A stretch of 63,340 nt of DNA, the filler included. It is 18 parts of 18 records of this genome, joined end to end, with 100 filler letters (N's around TTAATTAATTAA, not from the genome) between each part and the next. Parts side by side here need not be neighbours in the genome. Positions count along the whole stretch, not along the records: positions 21,758 to 25,259 come from SRR7504441_64601; positions 25,360 to 28,379 come from SRR7504441_64602; positions 28,480 to 32,422 come from SRR7504441_64613; 15 more parts are not named here. One strand, given 5' to 3'. The notes beneath the pieces were generated by a model. The model did not search any database. It saw nothing but the letters and a program-made list of their open reading frames with translations, and was not told the DNA's origin. The first letter of the stretch is position 1. Each line of letters begins with the position of its first letter. The position numbers were made by a program, and so were the translations under genes. Shown here piece by piece: positions 22,034 through 32,522 of the stretch.

Positions 22034-24704
22034 TTAAAACCGCTCGTTCCGCGGCTTTTTAAAGAAAGGAATTGGCGGCTTCTTGCCTTGGCCACCTGGC
22101 TGGCTCCCCCGACTCATCGGCCTCCCCTCTTGCTGATCCCCCACGCGAGCTCTCGAGCGCGCCTGTTTATCCAGCGTCGACAAGTAGTCTGCCAGGAACG
22201 AGTCCGTCGACGCGTCGGCCAGATGGTCGTCCCCCCTCGTTCGGTAGTCGTGCCCGTGATGAATCTGGGGCAGCAGCTCACTTCCACTCAGCCCGTTTGC
22301 TAGAGTGCTCCCACTCAGCCCATTATCGCCGTGCGAGCTAAATTTGGTGAACCTTGGGCCTTGCCTAAACCCAAATAGCCCAGCTGCCACCCACAACGGT
22401 CAGGCTGCCCCGCTAGTCAGAGGCTACCTGTCGAGCCCGGCGCTGGCCCATTAAACCCGTTCCCATGCCGCTTCTTCTCCCCGCCGTCACCGCCCCGAGA
22501 GAGAGGCTTCTGAAAGCCAGATGGGTTCCCGGAGTGCCCCTCATGTCCACCCCTTGCCAGCTCGGTGTCGTTATTGCCGTTATTCCCCCAGAGACCTCCC
22601 AGCTGGTGCTGCGCCTGCTGCTGCACCGCCACCATGTGAGCGCTCTGCACCGGCTTCTTCTTCCTCGCAGTCCGAGGTGACCTCGAGTTTCCCTGCAGCC
22701 GCCGCTCAGCCGACTGCCCAGCTCAGGACACGCACCGCGAATGCTTCAGCATACGGGTTAGCAGGGTGATTATTAACTGGCTTATCCTCGTGTTGCTGCT
22801 TTGAGGACGAACCGCTCGGCTTGCCGTTATTTGCGACCACCGTGTGGATTGGGTGTGAGGACGGCCAGTCGACCAGGGACGAGGGCGAGTTAGGTCGGAG
22901 GCCCTTGGACGAGCGGGATGTATGGATGATCTCAGGCTCTTCGTGCCGCTCCTCGTTTCGCTTTCGATGGCCTCCGCCTGGCTCACAGCTCGGCCAGCTA
23001 CCGCACTGGGCAGGCACCTTGCGTCTGGGCGCGCATCGAGGGCGAGTTCCAATCCGATTCGGCGCTCTCAGGTCCGGCTGGCTGCTTAGATTTGGTCGGC
23101 TTGCTCGGTTTGGCATCGAACGCTCCACCATGCAGCGGTGTGATCGGAGGCGAACTGTCAGCACTGTAAGCCGGCTGCTCACCGGCGCGCGCACCGAGTG
23201 TCTGGGTTGGCCACCCTTGGGCTCTGCTCAGCCCGCCGGCTGTGTCGCTCGTGAGACCTGCTCTGGAGTGTCGATCCGCGCTGGGCTGGCTGAGAGGGGT
23301 GGGTGGTCGGCTGCCCAGTCAGTCAGCCCGCAGTGGGTCCGATAGCACACCTCAGAGCTGGCTTTGGCGGCGGCCTCGCGCAGTTCAGCCATCCGCGGGT
23401 CTGGGTCCTTCTCAGCCAGCCCTTCAAAGTACGCGTGCATCAGCGCCGCACTCGAAGAGATTCGGGCAGGTGGGGCCATCAGGAGCACAGCCTGCTCACA
23501 GCTCACCAGGCAGGCAGGGCACAGGCTAGCCTTGAGGAACTGCATCGAGCGCTTGGAGCACTTGCCCAGGTACTTCTTCTCCAACGTCTCGGGCCGGGTC
23601 ATGTCTGGGAACTTGAGCCCCAGGAATCGAGGGTTTCTGCCCCCCCGTGAGTCACCTGCTGGTCGAATGGTCCGGCCACCGTAGGAAGAGCTCCATCTGC
23701 TCGGCAGTCAGCGGGCCCATCACCCGCTGGATTAAGTAGAGCTGGTCGATCTCCGACTCGCCCGGGAACAGCGGCTGGCCGTCGATCATCTCCCCCATTA
23801 TGCATCCTATCGCCCAAAGGTCGACCGGCATTCCGTACGCAGTGTGCCCCTGCAGAGCACTCACAAGCGCATTAAGCAGAGCCAACCTGCCCATTCTGCT
23901 CCCAGCCCAGCAAAAGCTCCGGCGCCCGGTACCACCGCGTGGCCACGTAATCCGTCAGCGCTGCCGCCCGCTGCCCACCGCTGTCAGCTGCCGCCGCGCT
24001 GCACAAGTGCCTGCGGGAGGGTTCTGGCGAATCCAAAGTCGCACAGCTTAAGTTTGCCGTCCAGCCCTATCAGCAGATCTGCCCGTGGCTGAGCTGGGGC
24101 CCGAGCCGTCCACCCACTCTCTGGCTTGATGTCCCTGTGTACGACGCTGTTCAAATGACACCTGCCTCCTCGCTCAGGCCAATCCACTGGCCAACGGACC
24201 AGTCGATCGACTTCAGCAGCTGGTAGATGTAGCTCTGCACCGTGCTCGGCTCCACACCGTTCGGGTTGGCCTCCTGTCGCCTGGCTGTGGCCAGCGGCCG
24301 CCGGTGGGCCACCAGGATCTCGAGCAGCGTTCTCTCCACATACTCAAAGACCAGGTACAGCCGGCCCTTGCGCCGGAACGCCTCGCGCAGGGTCACGATG
24401 TTGTCGTGTTTTAGCATCCGCAGGATCTTAACCTCGCGCAGCGTCGTCTTGCGCACTATCTCGTCGTCTGCGCCCAGCGGATCGGCAGGGCCGGCCGCCG
24501 GGGCTACCCTCAGTCTCCTTGAACTTTTTGATGGCCACGATCTCGTGCGTCTCCTGTCCGGGGCTCAGCCGCACGCCCGGCCGGCTGTCGCCTTGTTTCT
24601 GCATTTGAGTACGACGCTGTACGCGCCTGTGCCCGCAGGCTCAGCCCCGGCGTCGGGGGGCTGGTGCCTTCGCCGACGACGCCGAGCACCTCGTACTTGT
24701 TCAT
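22034..24704 (-). CDS. CDKL5: CDKL5-like kinase, at least 10 introns, with long low-complexity C-tail (tail exons not fully resolved)
   Basis: Spliced [37 protein letters not shown]...[10 protein letters not shown]...HRDIKPEN...DFGFAR...[17 protein letters not shown]...[10 protein letters not shown]. The first 10 introns are 37-43 nt. Confidence 0.9.
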
Positions 24705-25895
24705 CGCGCGGCAGTCGGCGAGATCGGCCCGCGCAGCTCTCGACAGGCGCTCAGCCGGCCCGGCTCACGCGCTCTGTCCGCCGAGGCAGCGCTGCTCCTT
24801 GCATGGCTTTTTTTTTGGACATTGGCTTCAAACGGACTTCATCTGATGCAGCCGGGGGGCCACGGGCGGGAGCACCTTGATGTTGAGCGTCTTGATGCCC
24901 TGAATCTAGTGTCTCCCAATAAGATGTGGCTGTTGTTATAATTATCGGATCTCCATTATCCCAAGTATGAAAATACGAATTCGATTGAAACTAGCTGGCT
25001 CACACCAAAAAGCCTAGTTTTAGTGGTTCTATGTACAGCTGCGCATGCAGTCATGGCTGCAGTGCTAGTACAGTGCTACTTTATTGTCAACGCGTCAACA
25101 GAATAGTATCAACTGGCTTCCTCTGCATGGCCCGAGCGCACCATATAATACCCTTCCATTACCGCAACCTGGGGTCCAGTCTCACAGATATCCTGCGCAA
25201 TGCTCATCCCAAGCTCTATTGTATAGTCGGCTGGTCATTGACAGGCTTGCCCAGTGATGNNNNNNNNNNNNNNNNNNNNNNNNNNNNNNNNNNNNNNNNN
25301 NNNTTAATTAATTAANNNNNNNNNNNNNNNNNNNNNNNNNNNNNNNNNNNNNNNNNNNNAATGTCAGTTCAGTTTGGGCCAACGCGTTCACCAATATCAA
25401 CCAGCAGCTCGTTGTGCCTCTTAGTCGCCAGGACGCGTCACGAGGCAACCTGGCTTCCCGGCGTCGAGCACCAGCGGCTGAAGTAGTTGTCGAGGTAACG
25501 CTGCGCTTACCCTTTGACACCAGTGCTGCTACTGCCTTTGCCATTTGGCCCGGCCTTTCGAGGAAAAATGTGGCACTACACACAGCTGCTAATGGTGACA
25601 TGTTTGCCATGGTCTCCGTTCGGAGAGGGGCGGCATTGTTAGTATTAGAAGGCGTAGAAGGCATGAGGTAATTAACTGCGTGTGCGCTTGTAGGACGATC
25701 AATAGACTATCAATAAGATTTTAATATATGAATAATATAATTTTCACACCAGTCGCACACCACATAAGTGTATGTTGTACAGGGGAGTTCACGACCATTA
25801 CATGTACCATACAATAAAGTTACGAGCTCATAGGATTTCAGCGCGCAATTCTCTCAAGCTTTCGAGTATAGCTTTCGAGCGGCATGGGCTCGTTA

Positions 25896-27332
25896 CTATT
25901 TGGCATAGCAACTCCTCGGTACCTCCAAGTCGGCCTCGTCGATCGTGTTGTTGAACGCCTCGATCCGAGCCGCCGTCTGGACCCAGAGCGGATGGCTCAC
26001 ATTCACATACATTGGGGTCCGGCCATCAGCCTGTGAGTACGCAATCGAAGTCTCCAGATCGAAAGAATCCGCACCGGATGACGAGGCAGCCCTGCCGGTC
26101 CAGACAAGCAGCTGCTCGCCGCCAAAGCTGCGCTGCTCCTTTTTGCTCCACACAGTCACACTCCCGGCCTGCTCGCCGTGGCTGAAGGTTCCATTGGTGT
26201 CCCGCACACAGAACGGGCAGCCACAGGCCTCGCAGATCCGCTTGCTCGTGTCCAGCCCGATCCTGCGGGAGGTGCAACCGCCGCCTCGCGAGGCTGGCGC
26301 GATGGTGAACTCCATCCCCATGTCGCATCGGGTGAGCACCGTGTAAAAGTCTCCGTATACAGTCCTCATCTTCTGCTGAGCCGGATCGCCAGTGCACTCA
26401 GCCTGGCCTCACTAAGCGCCGCCCGGCCAGCGACCGACCGTGAAGTTGACGATGACCAGCCCGGCGTCGTACCCGACTTGGGTCAGATTGGCTGAGACCT
26501 TGGCCTGCCACTGGCCGCCCCAACTCGGCGGTGCCTGGCCTTCATGCTCAGCCGCGCGAGCCCAGGGCCCACCTCTACAGAGCTGTTGGTGCTGCTGGCC
26601 CTGCCGGCCTTGAGCGTGGCGGCCAGCCCGGCCAGGTGGGCGCCCTGGCCGAATCCAAGCTGATAGCCCTCGCTGCCCTGAGCCGCCACCTCGCGCGCGC
26701 CCGCGCCCGCAAGAGGCACCTGCGTGATGGCCTGGCTGCCCGAAGTCACAACACCGGTGCCCTCGCCGTTCTTCCAGCTACTCCCGCCGGCGATCACGAA
26801 TCGATACACCGAGAGGCCTCGATTGATCTGTCCGCCACCTCAGCCGGCATCGCAGCCCATAGCCCGCCTGCTCCAGCACCGGCTGCAGGCCGGCGGTCGC
26901 CGCACCAGCCGTTGCGAAGGAGCCGCCCACCTGCAGATTGGGATTGAGCCACTGCCCGCGCGACCGGGCGCTGCCTTGGCCGAGAGGTCGTCCATAAAGT
27001 CGAACGAATTGATGAACCCCAAAATGTCCGGGGACGCGTTGCCGTTGTACACGCCGGACCCGATGATCACCGCGTCGGCCCACTCAAATACGTCGCGTTT
27101 GTAGTTGGCCTCCTGGACTTGGAGGCACTTGGCCGCCGCCCCGGTGGAGGCGGCCCCAGCCTGGATCCCCTCCGCGAGTTGCTTGGTCTGCCCGCCGGCT
27201 CACGGCTGCGACCGGCGGCGGGTGGGCCTGGTCGTTGCCGTCGTTGGCGTACACCACGAGCACATTGGGCACCGCCGGAAGCGCGCCGGCCAGGCCGAAG
27301 ATCAGCGCGGCCAGGAGCACTGTGCCTTGCAT
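25896..27332 (-). CDS. Signal peptide + WrbA-like flavodoxin domain + ependymin-like C-terminal domain, 6 introns
   Basis: MQGTVLLAALIFGLAGA; VLVVYA..TKQLAEGIQAGA..WADAVIIGSGVYNG..KVGGSFATAG. C-domain PPSWGGQW..KMRTVY..C..LEVPRSC. GC-AG introns at 27188-27227, 26931-26974 and 26828-26867, plus three GT-AG introns. Confidence 0.72.
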
Positions 27333-27405
27333 GGCCGAGGGAGTCCTTGTTACAGTTTTCCCAGTTTTATGCCGCGGTAACGGAAAGTAAGCCGCACCTC
27401 AGGAG

Positions 27406-28379
27406 ATGGAGGAGGCAGGGGAGGAGGCAGGCGATGCCCCGTGGTTTCGGGGGCAGCCGGACTCGCCGGCGCTTCTGCCGCAGCGCCTGCTCCGCCGGAG
27501 TGCCACCATGGCCTCGCACCAGCTCCCTGAGCCACAGCTTGCCCGGGCCTCGTCCGTCGGCGCCTGCCGCCAACACCTGGCCGACACCTCACTCTCACCG
27601 TCCAGCGCCGACCACCCGAGCTTCAAGCTCGAGGAGGATGCCCAGGCGGTCTTCACCTTTGCTGGGCGGAGCTCCAGCCTGCTCGGCCGGGACGGGCCGC
27701 CCTGCAACCCTCTGCCCGTGGAGATCCCACCGATGGTGTCGGTGCGGCAGCTGGCGTGCGGCGGGTTCCACATGGCGATGCTTGCCTCAGATTGGCTGCT
27801 CTACACGTTCGGAGAGGGCCGGGACGGCCAACTCGGGCACGCCAGCTTCGAGAACGCCGACCGGCCTCGGCTGGTGGAGGGGCTGCGCGAGTTTAGGGTG
27901 AGCGCCGTCAGCGCGGGCAACGCGCACACGGCGGCGTTGGTGCGCCGGCAGGCAGGCGGGGAGCGGCAGCTTTGGACGTGGGGGCAGAACTTGTCGTCCC
28001 AGCTGGGTCGCCCTGTTGAGAACTCGCAAGAGTCGACCGAGAATGTAATGAAATCGTTCAAATGTTGCGTGCCTGCACCGGCCGTGTCGCAGCCAATGGA
28101 TCTAGTGGACATATCTGCCGGGGAGGATCACACAGTAGCGCTCGACCCGGACGGGCAGATCTGGCGGTGGGGAATGCATCCTGTTGAGGCCTTTGTGCCG
28201 GCCAAAATCTGGCCTCATGAGCAGCACAAGGGGCCAGTTCAACAGATGGTCGCCGCTTCTATGTTCACGCTTATCCTGGTCGACACTGGCGTGAGGGAGC
28301 CCCGGCCGGGTCGTGCTGATTGGTTTGGCAGGTGCTGGCTATACTCCCCAATACGTCAGCCAACCCGCTGGATTCCGAA
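27406..28379 (+). CDS. RCC1-repeat protein, 3'-partial
   Basis: QLACGGFH, YTFGEGRDGQLGH, VSAGNAHT, WTWGQNLSSQLG and ISAGEDHTVAL. Confidence 0.9.
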
Positions 28380-28479
28380 NNNNNNNNNNNNNNNNNNNNN
28401 NNNNNNNNNNNNNNNNNNNNNNNTTAATTAATTAANNNNNNNNNNNNNNNNNNNNNNNNNNNNNNNNNNNNNNNNNNNN

Positions 28480-29316
28480 CAGGCGGAGGAGATGAAGTTC
28501 ATGCCCGGGAGCTGCATGAAGTCGATGGGCCAGCATTGGTTCTACGATCTGGAGGACGCGCCGGGCAACTCCTGGAACTCTGGCAATCTGCTGCCCATCA
28601 CGCCAATGTACAACATGAAAACCGGCATACTCAACGCTTTCTTCTTCTCGGCCCCAGTGTGCCAGGGCAAGGATGGGCATGGCTCCTCGACCGCGTACAA
28701 CTGGGACAACGTGCCTTCGATCATCGGCTGCGCGCTCCCTCCGGCTGCGATGTGCCAGAACTTCTGTACCAGCAAATGCTCCAACAGCCTTCTGTGGGGC
28801 AGCGACCCATGGAAGAGTTCGGGCACCAAGCACTACGCCACGCTCCACGTCTTTTTCAACAAGGACCCCAAGAACGAGCCCACGTGTCCTGAGTTCTCTG
28901 AGAGCACCTGGGTCACCAACCCTGCAGGTGCCTCACCGCACTGTGCCTGCTGAGCTGAGCCGCAGGCGCCGCGATGGGCCGCACATGCCCGGCCAACACC
29001 GTGCCCACCTCCAAGCTCTCCACCATGTTCGACCAGAAGGCCGCGGACAGCGACTCAAAGAATGTATGCTGCTGGCTTTGTGCCCATCCCTCACGTGGGA
29101 CAGGGGGCGGCCGTCGCTCTGGTGGTGATCTTCGTCGTGATCGGGGTGATGGCCGCCATCGGACTGATCGTCTGGCTGCACCGGCGGGCGGACGGGAAGG
29201 ACGTGGTCGAGCTCGAGCAGATTGTTCCGGAAGTAGAGCACTCTCAGATGGCCGGCAGCAACTACCAGACCGCAGGCAGCAACTACGAGAGCGTCAAGCC
29301 CGACCAGGTTCTGTGA
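28480..29316 (+). CDS. Cys-rich single-pass membrane protein, 5'-partial, 2 introns
   Basis: CMKSMGQHWFY Cys-rich ectodomain. Two short GT-AG introns join it to TM helix AAVALVVIFVVIGVMAAIGLIVWL and a tail ending NYQTAGSNYESVKPDQVL. Confidence 0.7.
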
Positions 29317-29666
29317 GCAAATGCTATGTGAGCACCCGGGATCTATCAGGGCACTGGCCACCCGGGGCTATGTGTAGACAATTATGTGCGTTGACACCGA
29401 GTCCGTGATGCGATTAATTAACGACTGCAAGAAGCAATCTCTGTAAAGATAAGGCTCCGGACCGGCTCCGGGTTGATTATATATTTATGTCATGTAGCAC
29501 TATTTCATAAGATGTGGCTGTGCGGCTGAGATTTTGTACCCAACCCACGATGAGCTCGCACTTCGGCCCACTTGCCGTCCGGCAGTGTGATGTGCGTGAC
29601 TAAGCAGTTAGCTCCAAAGTATTTTTAGCATCACCACGAGCAGGCGACCTAGCCCGGCTGCCCCTG

Positions 29667-30340
29667 ATGATGGCAAGTTGGGGAGCGACTTCCGGGCTCG
29701 GAGGCAGCCTTCAGGCCACCCAGCCGTGGCTCGGGGGTAGCTTGGCCCAATCACAGCAGCCGTGGCTCGGGGGCACCCTCCAAAGCACCCAGCCGTGGCT
29801 CGGGACCAGCCCGGCGAGCCTTCAGCTATCGGCCGGACACCCGTCGGATCGGTCTCAGGTAGTGCGTATGCAGACAGCGGCCCGCCAGCTGCAGCAGGAG
29901 TTGCTGTACAAGACCCAACTCCACACACCCCCGACACACTGGCGGCGGCACCCCGTGACCGGCGGCGCACGGAGCCTATCACGACGTATGAGCGGAGCTC
30001 AAGCCCTGGAGCTTGGGGGCGCGAGTCAGAGAATGCGTTCAAGCGGACGGATTCGGGGCTTGAGATGACCCTAGCTGAGAGTCGGATGACACCCGGGGAA
30101 GCAGCAACGGCCAGCGCACCGCTATCTGGAACATTCCTGAGCATAAGTATCAGTTCGGAGTTGGGCGAGGAGCCGGTGGCGTGTTTTGAGACGGAATTGT
30201 CAGAGCTCATTCGGCAGCTTCACGCGCACGGTAAGAAGGGCGAGCTTGAGAGCTCGCGGGGCAAGTACCCGATCTATGATTGCTTCGGGGACCAAGTGGT
30301 GGGTGAGCTTGAGCTCGGGTTCGAGCTGACTAAGAAATAA
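29667..30340 (+). CDS. Hypothetical protein; frame and exon structure unresolved
   Basis: Overlapping ORFs 29667..30068 (QPWLG x3) and 29762..30340 (globular-looking C-end); no frame-restoring intron was found. Confidence 0.3.
29721..29804 (+). repeat. Three copies of CAGCCGTGGCTCGGG at 36/33-nt spacing
   Basis: Copies start at 29721, 29757 and 29790. The spacing is a multiple of 3, consistent with a coding repeat. Confidence 0.85.
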
Positions 30341-30771
30341 CATCCGTGTCACAGTCTGAAGTCCTACATGTAGAGTCAGACCCTAGTAAGTTGCACTACA
30401 GGTGCTTCATCGATTCTAGGACGTCACAGGCGCTTGTGAGCTTACATTACCGGTCAAACTCAGTGTATGAAATCTTGTAAGCTTAGCGTCGACTTTGCAA
30501 ACATAAACATATACTAGTATACTAGTTTACAGTCATAAGGGCACCGCGGCGCTTAAGTTACTTGATAGCGGCGCTAGTCTTCGAAAGACGTCATACGGTA
30601 CAATCATGTAATTATAATAGAATTGACGTAGAATTGACGGCACGCGCTCGGGTTGTGAAATTTCCATGTACGCAACAGTACATGGATATAGTAGTACTTG
30701 CTATGCAGGTCTTTTAGGGCTGCGCAGAGTCGAACATCTGCCCCCCGCCACACTCAGCGACTAGCCATAGA

Positions 30772-32422
30772 TTAGCCATTAGTCAAGTGGCCGCTCACCA
30801 TCATGTTTTGCTTGTGCAGTGATCGCTGCAAGCTGAGCTGCCTATCCTTCTCGTTCGGATCAAACAGATAGTTCTCCATCGCCTCTCGGTAAACGCGCAA
30901 GGGTGGGATGGAGTCGCAGTCTTCAATGTTCAGCAGGTTGCCAAACAGCAACTGCCACAGATCCTTCTGCCAGTACCGTTTGAATGGCTTGGCCGGCATC
31001 CATCGTTGGTTGTCCATCAGCTGAACCTCCATGTATTCGTTGTGCAGCAGACAATGGACCACATTGAGCAGCCCATAAATGTCCGCCTGGAAGGTCCACG
31101 GCCTGCCCGTAACCATCTCGATGCACTGAAACCCGTCGCAGTGGCAATCGCCCTCAAACAGCGTCCCCTCATCAGTGAGCCGCAGGTCGATTGAGCGGCC
31201 AAAATCTACTAGCTGCAAGCCCTGAGGGTGCAGGTTGTCGTGCGAGACCCAACCGGTTGCCTTGGACGAGTTGTCGTTACGGAGAAGCAGATTATCTGGT
31301 TTGACGTCCCCGTGGATGATATCTGCGGCGTGTAGATGCTCAAGCATTCGGAGCATCTCTATGGTGTAAAATGCCACGATGTGCTCGTCCATCGCAGTCC
31401 CGTTCTTGAGGTATGCATTGATAACATCCTGCAGCGTCTCGGTGTCGCCCTGCTCTGAGAGTAGCAAAGAACGGTTCGGGTGGACTTGTACTCGCTCAGG
31501 CTTGGTGAACAGCCTCCTAAACCCTGGGTCCACCCGCTTCTGTATTTCGTTTGCAATGTAGAACTCGACTGCGCAGCTCGATGCCTGCACTTTGAGCGCA
31601 TAGCATGCCATATAATCCTCAGACTCTGGAGGCGCTGCAGAATACACCTTTGCAAACGCCCCATGGCCTAGAAGCCAGTTGACTGCAACTTCTTGCTTCG
31701 CTACAGTCACCCGCGAACCGACTCGAATTGAGCCTGTGGCCTCCTCCTCTAGGATGACGACGTTGAGCGATGCCTTGAGCATGCTACGAACTGTCTGCTC
31801 AATGGACGCCTGATGTTCGACTGAGTAGGGATCGACCACTGCAACCTCGATTAGATCATCCACTTCCGCCTCACAGGCACCCTCCTCACTCTGAATCTCG
31901 TCCTCGACGGTCGAATTTGGGTTGTCATCTTGTTCCGGGGCCGCATTCTGCTCGGATGGTGCAACCTCCTCCTCAAACACTTCGAATTTCATGGACTTGG
32001 CTTGTTTGGCCGGCTTTCCCGGCTCTCTCTCAGCAGCTGGCTCATCAAGTGCAGGCGTTGACTCCTCGAAAACAGTGAACTGCGGTCTTACTGCTGGCTG
32101 TGGAGTGGGCTGCTTGGCAAAGGAGACCCCAAAGATATCGTTCAAGTTAGAGGTAGCGTCTGGCTTGAGCTTCGGTCCTTTGGAGTAGCCATCATGGTAG
32201 ATGACACCTTTCGCTGGTAGGCATTCTGTGGTGTTCTCAGGCTGCTCCGAAGCAACCTCTTTCTCGAGCTGAATGGTGCCATCAAACATGTCCATAATGT
32301 CGAACATGGCCTCCTTGGTGCCCATTGTCATTGTTGGCTCCGGCTGTGCAGCCACTTCGGGTACCTCCTTCAGCTTAGCCGGTGCTGGTGCTGGTGCTGG
32401 TGCCTCCTCCTGGAACACCTCA
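30772..32422 (-). CDS. BUB1: Spindle checkpoint kinase BUB1 (MadBub), 5'-partial
   Basis: CD1-like PTMTMGTKEAMFDIMDMF and ABBA-like FTVFEE/FEVFEE. Kinase motifs LGHGAFAKVY, ALKVQ, EFYI, IIHGDVKPDN, DFGRSIDL, FQCIEM..GRPWTFQAD and KRYWQ. Confidence 0.92.
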
Positions 32423-32522
32423 NNNNNNNNNNNNNNNNNNNNNNNNNNNNNNNNNNNNNNNNNNNNTTAATTAATTAANNNNNNNNNNNNNNNNNNNNNN
32501 NNNNNNNNNNNNNNNNNNNNNN

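Noticed and set aside
23492-24667. Frame breaks as pseudogenes, programmed frameshifts or an alternative genetic code
   Set aside because: In the conserved genes I traced, the breaks are resolved by short GT-AG or GC-AG introns that restore conserved motifs under the standard code.
26828-27227. Active introner family behind the uniform ~40-nt introns
   Set aside because: By eye the introns share no extended sequence identity or consistent terminal repeats; only length and splice signals are shared.
29721-29804. Three spaced 15-nt repeats as a CRISPR array
   Set aside because: The units are too short, the spacers resemble each other and the spacing is in multiples of 3, which fits a coding repeat.
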